DNA of 64,000 nt from Eledone cirrhosa (Eukaryota): assembly GCA_964016885.1 (NCBI GenBank), contig OZ024742.1:147374001-147438000 (forward strand), in the 5' to 3' direction. A program made the translations under genes and the position numbers. This document shows, one piece after another, positions 54,571 to 64,000 of the stretch (position 1 is its first letter; each line of letters begins with the position of its first letter). The notes beneath the pieces were generated by a model that saw nothing but the letters and a program-made list of their open reading frames with translations, made no database searches and was not told the origin of the DNA.

Positions 54571-56692
54571 TGGAATAAAACAAAGATTCTCCTATAAGAT
54601 GATGGAAAGCTTTTAGATAAACAAACATTTTAAAATAAACGGTTTTTAGTACAGAATCAAGAGCAGTTTTAGGTTGTTTGGTATAAAAAGATTAGTCTCT
54701 TTGGAATTGATCAATCGGGTACTGGTTGTTTTGCTGGGGTTTTTTTCTCTCTCTATGAATTGGCTACAGTGTGTAAAAGGAAAGGTCAAGAAAGACCATT
54801 TACAGGCATTACTTTCAAAAATTTAATTTACAAATTGATTTGTTAATGCTTATTCAAAACCAGAGGGGATTTTCAAATTTAATTGGTAAAGTTGTTAGAA
54901 TGTTTTGCAATATTTATTCTGGTTCTCTATGCTCTGAGTTTAAATCCCCTCATGGCCAGCGTTGCTTTTCATCCCTTTGAAGCTAATAAAGTACCAGTCT
55001 AGTATTGGAATTGATTCTTCTATTTCTCTGGAAGAAATTGGCTATGTTCAAACCAGGTTTAAATGCCCAAGACATACTGTATATCACTCAATTTAGAGTT
55101 AAGGGCCCATGAATGGATGAATATAAGAAATACACACAACTCCCCAAGGTTAGGCTGCTAGTCTATTACAAATAACATTTCATGAACTAAAGAGTGCAGA
55201 ATTGAGAAATACCCCAAATAGCTCCATTGGATATTTAAACTCCTTAATATATAAGCCATTAGTCCTATATCTTAACATTTCTGTCATTTCAGTTATACTT
55301 TTATAACCAATACAAACCATAGAACAGTACAAGTGTTCTAAGTCCACCACCATCCTCAAAGTAGAGGTTAACCTTGTGGGCCCCGTGACATAGCATCCTT
55401 TTTGAGGCAATGTTTTATAGTCAAACACCCTTCCTGGCACCAACCCTTTTAATTACCTCATACAACACAAAGTGTACCTATTCTAAACTGGATACATATA
55501 GTAGTCAAATCACAGAACTGATATTTAGAATTAAGTTAGTAACAATACAAGATTTTACAATGTTGTGAGAGAACAAAATCTAATTGTTTATATTGATTTC
55601 AGTAGTCTGTCTAGCTAACAAAACCTAAAATGTGGACTTGTTTATATTAAAAAATTATATATAATTAAAAAATATATATATATTTTGATAAAATATAAAA
55701 GAATCATTCCAGTTTAGACATTTAATTGGCAAAGTTTGTATTTGTTTTGGTTCAATGCACCCTGAGTTCAAATCCCACCAAGATTTAATCTTTTGGGGAC
55801 AGAATTGGTAAAGAGTTGGGTGGGATGTTTTGCAGTAACCTTTCCCGTTCTGTGCATTCTGAGATTAAATCCTACCTTTTGCAAGAGTTGTGACCAGCAA
55901 ATAGAATCACCAAGGGAAAATCAATGGAAACATTGTTTCCCTGGTCTGATCTGAAAATCTGTTCCTTTCCATTTTTTAAAACATGTATAGAAAACATCCT
56001 TCTTAAGTTATGTAGATTATTTTGACAAGAAGACCCATTTTTTAAAGGTAGGGTGGGCAATATAGATGATTGCATTGTTGTTGCTATAAATAATTTCAAG
56101 GAATCAATATTCAACATCAGAAGTTGTTGACTGACAAAGCCATTTCATCCACTTTGTGTATGGCACTCTCAAACAGGTTAACAATTATAGAATATGCAAT
56201 ACTCCAGAAATTGACCCAGAATCTAACAGCAAGCCATTTAGTCTAGAAGTAGTGTTTTGCTCAAGAAAATGACACATCCAGTCCAGGATTTGAACCCACA
56301 ACACCCCTTCACTAAATATATTACAGAATAGAAATGGAAGAAAAAGAGTATTTCAAAATACTTTTCTCCCAGTACTACATCTCACTGGAATATCACTACT
56401 ACCAACTAACCTGTAACAAGAACCAACGAGGAAGGTTTTACGTAGTCGCACGTGTTAAAAATAACAGTGAAAGCCCCCCCAAACCAGTAAAGGATTCATT
56501 AGATAACGTAGCCTTTGGTATACACAGAGAAGGGAATATCAGAGTTGAAGAGCGTTAGCTTAATAAGGATCGACCAAGGGCTAAACAACTGAGACTACAA
56601 CAATTCAAACGGAGTAATAAATACGTCCAGTTAGCCATAAATATATGGTAATCTACAATGGTGGTAGCATCGTTTTGTAACCTCAAGGATTA

Positions 56693-56752
<60 letters not shown>

Positions 56753-58590
56753 GAGTTAAAACTTTAAAACGACTGCTAATCAAGTGGCAAAAAGTGAAGC
56801 CAGCGACCTGATTTCGATAACAGGTGGAATTCATTTCACACAACTCTCGAAGCTGTCATAACGACCCACACCCTACCTTATCCTCCCTCTATACATTTGT
56901 GCTCAAGTAAAATTTAAAAAAAGAAAAATCACAAATGTTTGACAATTCTCATTTGTTTCCCTGGATATTCCAGCAGAAAATACACGTATTAAAGAAATAC
57001 CAGCGATCATAGTTTCCAGTAACGTGACAGTCTTAAAACTTGCAGTAACGAAACTAAGTTACTTTGACACTCCATTTAAACTGGAAACCTTTAAAAGGTT
57101 GATCCCAAAATATCTTTTAAACTATGAGAATGACATTATTGAGAGAGCAAATCAATTTTCTACCGTCTCTCAATGAAAGCAGAGAGCAAATAACAGGTTG
57201 TCTTATGTTACTGATACCATCTTAGAGCCATCCAGGGGGAACCAGAAGCTCTCGCAAATCATACAGTGCAGTACTTTATTACCGAGACAAAGAAATAGCA
57301 TCCAAATTTCATATCTTTTGTAAATTAGTTCACCTTAAATATAACATGCAATAAAACTACCAAAGATCAGAAACTCCTCTATTTGCTAGGAATAACACAT
57401 CACCCGTAAATCATATCCAAGGAAGTACGACGTTAGACAATGCTGTTTCTGATATATTAAGACGAGATGGCCATAATTGGAACGCCCTTAATCGCATATG
57501 TTTGATCAGAGCCGATTTGGGATAAACTAATGAAAATCTTATCTATCATAATCTCGAGGAAAGGATAAACCAACCCATCTTAAAAATAAAAATTATATAT
57601 GGAAAATGTTCTTTAAATTACACACACACAACATTATATATATATATGAGAGAGCGAGAGAGAAGAATGATCAGTATACAGTATTATTATAGATTTAAGG
57701 AGACATAGCTACATAATTGAATTAAAATATATCGAAGAGGAAATGTTGAAACAGAAATTTTCTAAAAATTACATTTTATTCCATGATGAGATGAAAAACT
57801 AGTCCTTTAAGATCTTTAACCATTAATTATTTTATTTTAGTAATTCTTTTAAATAATGTAAGGGAAAATGTTTAGATTCCAACACACACACATATACATA
57901 CACATAAATGTAATACATAAGTACGCACACACACACCAGCAGATTGACACATTAAACTTAAGCTTAATTTCATTTCAAAGCTAATGGTGAAATGTTAGTC
58001 TTATACAAACACTAGGTTTAGTTTAAAAAAATAAATGAGTGTATGGAATGACAAAATGAGATTGAACATCTGAAGAGAAACATATAACGAAATAAATATA
58101 GGAAGGAATATTGTTACTATATATATATTATAATGTAAAACAAACATATATTAGTTATAGATGAATATATGTGGGTCCGTAAAAGAACATATTATATATA
58201 TATAGCCTAGTTTATTAGTTCAGTTCATTTAATAGTTAAACAAATTTTAACAGCTGGTGGATGAATGTGTAATGGCTACGAAGGAGGAGAGACCATTATT
58301 TAAAGAATTCACAAGGGAATAATCAAATAAGAAAATACAAAAAATAATATTATGAAAGATCATTATTAGTATAAGCTATAAGTTTTATATTTACAGATAT
58401 TGAAATGTAAAAAAAGGAATGAGTGATGACAAGGCCATGGATTGTGAAAAGCCGGTAATAGGAACAAGAGAGGGGGAAGGCGAGATGAGATTCCGCAGAT
58501 CGTGGGAGACAAACAGGTCAAATATGGTGCGATTTAGCTGAATAATGGCAAAAGAGGGAGTAGATAAAAAATAGCGGGGGTTTGACTTAC

Positions 58591-58662
58591 AAGTGATCTT
58601 AAATCTTGTTTTGATAAATGTGGTTGAAGAGATTTTTTAGCGGTATTCTGGTCTTCACCCAT
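58591..58662 (-). CDS. EIF2S3: eIF2 gamma exon 1 (MGEDQNTAKKSLQPHLSKQDLRSL)
   Basis: AGCATGG start context, conserved QPHLSxQDL, GTAAGT donor, phase 0 matching exon 2. Confidence 0.94.
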
Positions 58663-59302
58663 GCTGGACTGATGCAATATGGCCTCTTCCCAGACTGCAA
58701 AGCTTACTGCCGGTTCCTAACTTCCTCAATAAACCACTGCACCACTCATTCTTCTATTATTACATTCTCATTCCAGAATGTCGAACTAATGGTTGGCTTA
58801 CATTCCCATTCTAGAATATGGAAATGCCCATTGTATTCTGAGATCAAACTTGACTTTATCCTTCTAGGGACGATAAAAGAAAATACTAGTAAAATAATAT
58901 GGTCGATATAATTGCTGGGCAGGAGTTTAAAATAGAAACCACTATTAATATATTCCCATTCAGGAATATAAAGAATCCTTCATATTACGAACAGAGATTA
59001 GAATAACAGAATAAACGTCATTAAATTTTCTAATTAATCTCAACAAATCGTTCATCGGCGATAGATATCCTATAAAGAAAATAAAAATATCTCGCCCAAT
59101 TCATTGGATGTATTTCGCATGCTTGGCTCATCTATATTTATTTGCATACTTTGTCTGATGTCCCTGTAACATAGGAGTAGTAGGCTTCTGAATCTGCCTT
59201 AATAAACCATTAATCTCTACTATGGTATTGAGTACCTATTTCTGAGATGTTATCCCACCTCCTTCTACCAGGAGTTGTGAACAGGCAATGAAAAGACAAA
59301 TG

Positions 59303-60020
59303 GTCACTACCATGCTATTAGCTGTCAGAAGTGAAAGTTTCGTCAACCTTTTCAATCGTAAACATCGTTTATTTCCGTATTACCACGCGTTATTTTAATA
59401 AAGCATATCGATGTAAGTGGAGTTACTTAAATGAAAATATAGGTGGCCCTTAAAAGGGCCAAATTAGAAAACAAGTCATGGTTATCAAATAAATTGGATT
59501 TAATCATTTATATTTTCATAGTCATGGTTATCAATGTAGAAAACAAGTCATTTTCACCAACAGGAATTACTTCTGACAGCTAATACCATGAACTTAAATG
59601 AATTTTCACCAACAGTGGAGTTACTTCTGACAGCTAATACCATGAACAATATTTTCATAGTCATGGTTATCGATGTAGAAAACAAGTCATTTTCACCAAC
59701 AGTGGAGTTAACTTAAATGAAAATATAGGTGGCCCTTAAAAGGGCCAAATTAGAAAACAAATATATGGTTATCAAATTTTTTTCACCAACCCTATACATG
59801 AAATTGATAACCATGACTATGAAAATATAAATGATTAAATCCAATTTATTTGATAACCATGACTTGTTTTCTAATTTGGCCCTTTTAAGGGCCACCTATA
59901 TTTTCATTTAAGTAACTCCACTTACATCGATAACGCGTGGTAATACGGAAATAAACGATGTTTACGATTGAGAAGGTTGACGAAACTTTCACTTTTGACA
60001 GCTAATAGCATGGTAGTGCC
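59303..60020. mobile_element. 718-bp foldback non-autonomous DNA transposon (Merlin- or MULE-like)
   Basis: ~220-bp near-perfect inverted arms, termini GTCACTAC/GTAGTGCC, 8-bp direct repeat GACAAATG on both sides. Confidence 0.85.
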
Positions 60021-60273
60021 GACAAATGGACACACTGTTTCCCTGGCCTGATTTGAAAACCAGCTCCTTTCTATTTTGAGTACTTATCCTAGAGATAGTC
60101 AATACTAAACGGATATATACATGTTCACTGACGAAGAAACCCTAACTAGTTCTAGCGTGTACTAGGTCTATTGTTAATGGTACTCAGTATATTTAATGAT
60201 TTTTCTTTTAGTATGAAATATATTAAATCAGCGTTTTTCGAGCCCAGAGGCTTATCCGGCTGGAGCCTATATC

Positions 60274-60414
60274 TAGTGGCGTAGCTAGAGGTGGAGTGGT
60301 TCATCCCGACCGACACTTTTAAGAGGGAGTCACTGCGCATTATGTTGCATCTGACAGGCGGAGGTGGGGACTTAAGGGCTGCCCCTGGCGGTATGCACTT
60401 TAGCTACGCTACGG
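60274..60414. mobile_element. Degenerate hAT-like MITE
   Basis: TAGTGGCGTAGCTAG...TTAGCTACGCTACGG imperfect TIRs, GC-rich body, TSD not preserved. Confidence 0.5.
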
Positions 60415-60919
60415 TTTCATGAGGTGTTAAGTACAAGGCTACCTCATGGACTGAACTCCAGTCCATCGTAAGGTTAACTTTCAGCTTCTGCTTGTACTTA
60501 TTTTTTAAAGCTAAGTTGACGGGGGCAAAAGGACAGTAACAATAAAAATGATTCAGAACGGGGGAGGGGGAGACAACCACACTCGATTACACACTACAAC
60601 AAGGAATGCTAGTGTTTTCCTCTAAACATTTTAAGGCAAGTACCCCACTTTCCTTGAACATCTCGAAATCCTCAAACTAAAAAATGATAATTTATCGACA
60701 AATGTCGGTATTTCAGGAAGGTGAATTAAGCTCTACTACCATCACTAGAGCTGGGTTTGTCAGTCTTAGAGCAGGATAAAGTAGAGATTAGGACAACCAA
60801 CAGCTGAAATACATTTTCAATTCTTTTTTATCAATCTGATCAATATTGAAGGTATCATTTACTTTCTTTGAGTCCCAAATTTTCTGAGAATTTGGTTGAG
60901 GCTTTACTTGTGACAAACA

Positions 60920-61230
60920 CCGGTAGCTCACTTAGTTCAGATGAGCTCTGCATCTCCATCGTTCTCAGTCAGGGCTTATGTCAATAAAGGATTGGAATGT
61001 TGATGTGGTAAGCCCGAATGTCTTCATAAATTGTCATACCGACTAAATGTGACATTTGAGATGTTCGGGGTAGCTGGGCTGCTGTCAAAGTTTCTGTCAT
61101 TGCTGTCTGCTCCACTTACTGAAGTATCAAAGCGTACTCGTCAAGATGCTTGGCTATTCCAGCGACTTAGCTTCGCTATCACACGTGACAATGTTGTGAG
61201 TGCTTTGGCTTGCTTCAATTCTTTTTTCCT
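60920..61230 (+). mobile_element. Remnant of a CRE-clade (restriction-like endonuclease) non-LTR retrotransposon
   Basis: FEMFGVAG...WLFQRLSFAITRDN resembles the CRE C-terminal ETxG...FQRLSxAIQRGN. Upstream LSSDELCISIVL resembles L..LRIAVxLRLG. Confidence 0.6.
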
Positions 61231-63571
61231 GTTGATTAAAAAGAAAAACATATTCATTATATAAATTGTGTTGATATGAAAATAAAACTTTGCAACATAA
61301 AAAAAATGGCCTACTAGGGAAACGGATATTTTCCAGACAAGTTTCAAGAAAAATATGTCAGCCCATATAAACCAAATTTAATTTAAAACAATTCCCCCGT
61401 AATATATTATATTTTTCCTGATTATTTAAGATCAAAGGAAATATTACGAAAGAATATTGGTGTTTTTATATTTTATTCAGTTACGTGGCACCAATAACCA
61501 AAAGCTAGTTTAACTAAATATAAAATAAAATAGTAAGAAAAAAGAAACAGATAACTAAGAAAAAAAGCATCTTCATATTCTGTTATTTATAAAGCTGTGA
61601 AAAGTCGAAAAGTAATCAAACTAAATGCAATTGAACTAATATATGTAGCTGTTTTATTGTAGGTTGTAGGAAATTAAGAAAACTTGTGCAAACACAACAC
61701 CCTGTTGTTGATGTATATTTCGCGCCATTTCGATCATTCGAGCCATTATCTGTGTAGACCTTCTATGGTGAAGTCTAAGGTGATACAGCTCTACTAAATA
61801 TGCCGACTGCAGAGACACATGCCTTCCTAGATGATGGTCCCAAACAATACTTTATGTTGCTTGACAGTAAGAAGACCATTGACATATATATTTTATTTTC
61901 TACGTTCATTGGCTTTACTTCGTTTTCGTATCTAACATTAATACTGTTGTTATTTAGCCCTACGTCAGACCTGATCGAGCAATCCTTCGATCAACAGTCG
62001 TTTCCTCCGTGAACTTTCTATCAAAGAATACAGTGTCTAATGTGTCTTTCCTTTTTTTTAAGGGTGTGATTTTAGGGAGATTTGACTGGTTTTTTTCTTC
62101 TAGTTGGTCGATTGATAGGCTCCTGCGTTTAATGTAAAAGCATCAGCTGGAACATATTTCTTTTCTAAATATATCGATGTCTCCGTTATTGTATTGTTTA
62201 TTATAGAAAGCTCTGAACATCGAACGTATTATGATTAGATGTTTAAGAAAAGATACTTTTACTGAATCTATTTTTCAATATGTTAGAACATTGTTTGCTT
62301 TTTCATATAAAGAAGTCTAAATATTTGGTTTCATCAGTAACCAAGATATATATAGTATACATATTTGACTCGTGTATTTTAAACACATCTCTAGAACAAC
62401 TTCAATTAAAGCATTGAAGAATCTTAATTCTTTGTTATAATTAAAAATAAATATGCTTAGTTTAAAAATTGAATTCGAAGTTGGGGAAATATATTAGTAG
62501 ATGTTTTGAGTTGTACTTGTCTGGCAAGTGACTTTATACGAGACCGTGTGTTTAAACTAAAGCAATTACATCGTGGAAGACATTTTCGCTATTGAAAAAC
62601 ACAAAAACTGTTAAATTCACTTTACATTTAATTTTGACACCAACAAATAAATATAAAGCGAATTTAATAGTTTTGAATGGTTAAAATGACTTCCACGATG
62701 TAATATGATAAATAACTATTGAGATAAAGTGAAGGGAAACTTTGAAATGAGAAATCATAAATGTTATATTTATTCCATCCAAAATTATATATTTTAGTAT
62801 TTTTTAAATATGATTATTATTGATGAACTGTTTTTCTTTTTCATTATTGTTTATTTAATCCATTTATGTTTTATAAATATCACTACAAAATCAGAAAACA
62901 GTTTTTGTTGCCGTGTAGTCAATCATCATCCACATGTTAAAATTGAGCCAGAGCAAGTACCTGCTTTAATCCAAGTTAATATGTAATAGATTAATTTTGA
63001 GAGTTTTCTCGAGTCTTTGAAATAAATAAACATTTAAAACTATGTTGTTTAACTTATTTATTTCATCTGCCATAAAAAATATATCTATTTGTTATTGATG
63101 TTTAGCTTTAGATTAGTCCTAATCGAACCGGCCTATGATCAGAGACAATCGCTCAGTGGCCATCTCATCTTTTTATTGATATTTAGGATTACATTATATA
63201 ATGTCCTTTCCTTGGGTGTCATTTAAGGTAGTTTGGCTGCTATTTCTAGCAAGTTGAGCAAGCATGTGTTTATATATAATGTATTTGTAATGTTCTTCTC
63301 AACGAATTGCGAGCAATTTATAATGTTATTTAAACAACTTTTGGGGCTTTTACTTTTGATGTAATTTTACATTGACTTTTGTCTGTATTTTAAAATATCC
63401 AAACTCTTCCATGAATGGATTGTTAGAGAAGAAAAAAAGGTTACAGAATACAGCAGAGATTTAGAGATATATTGTGAAGAGAAATTTATAAAATTGTAAC
63501 AAAAGCAACCTGTTGAATATCAAATCTAGAGCAGTTTGTCAACTTGAATATTGATAATCAACAATACATGT

Positions 63572-63603
<32 letters not shown>

Positions 63604-64000
63604 GGCAATGGTCTTTGGGCGAAATTTGAACGATGTCTACTTTGTCTTGATAATGGTTTCTAATTTTGGCACAAGGCCAACAATTTTGAGGGAAGGGAAA
63701 GTGATTATTTCGGCCCAGTATTTTTTATCGATCTCGGAAGGATGAAAAGCCAAGTTGACTTCGGTGGGATTTGAACACAGAACGTAAAGAGCCGGAACAA
63801 ATACTGCTAAGAATTTATCCGACGCTCTAACGACTCCGTAATGGTGATTTCTAATTTAGACACAAGGCCAGCAATTTGTGGGGAGGGGAAAGTCGATTAT
63901 ATCGATCACATTACTTAATTTACTTTATTTTATCGACCCCAGAAATATGAAAAGCAAAGTTGTTCTCAGCGGGAATTGAATTCAGAACGTAAAGAGACAG

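Noticed and set aside
59305-60018. CACTA/EnSpm assignment from CACTA...TAGTG
   Set aside because: No 2-3-bp TSD at those ends. Extending 2 bp outward gives an 8-bp TSD.

Overview
AT-rich, repeat-dense animal genomic DNA. The RTE LINEs, tRNA-derived SINEs and very long (TA)n arrays suggest an octopus or other cephalopod, which is an inference. Two convergent intron-containing genes can be read from the sequence. The first is the last four coding exons of a vesicle-transport SFT2 (SFT2D1/2-like) gene on + (4454-11906). The second is a complete 13-exon eIF2-gamma (EIF2S3) gene on - (58662-32903; 1422 nt CDS, 473 aa, all introns GT-AG and phase-consistent). The rest is transposon material: at least three RTE LINE subfamilies carrying a PHD-like finger, their partner SINEs, CR1-like, Penelope-like and CRE-like remnants, a frameshifted mariner, an internally deleted piggyBac, several MITE families and a probable solo LTR. 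The most unusual structures are (1) an inverted pair of Penelope-type repeats carrying a minimal hammerhead ribozyme, probably inside an SFT2 intron, (2) a 718-bp foldback element with an 8-bp target duplication and a scrambled interior just upstream of eIF2-gamma, and (3) modular exchange of UTR segments between RTE LINEs and SINEs. I found no unambiguous new protein-coding system. The long Ile/Tyr ORFs are microsatellite artefacts.
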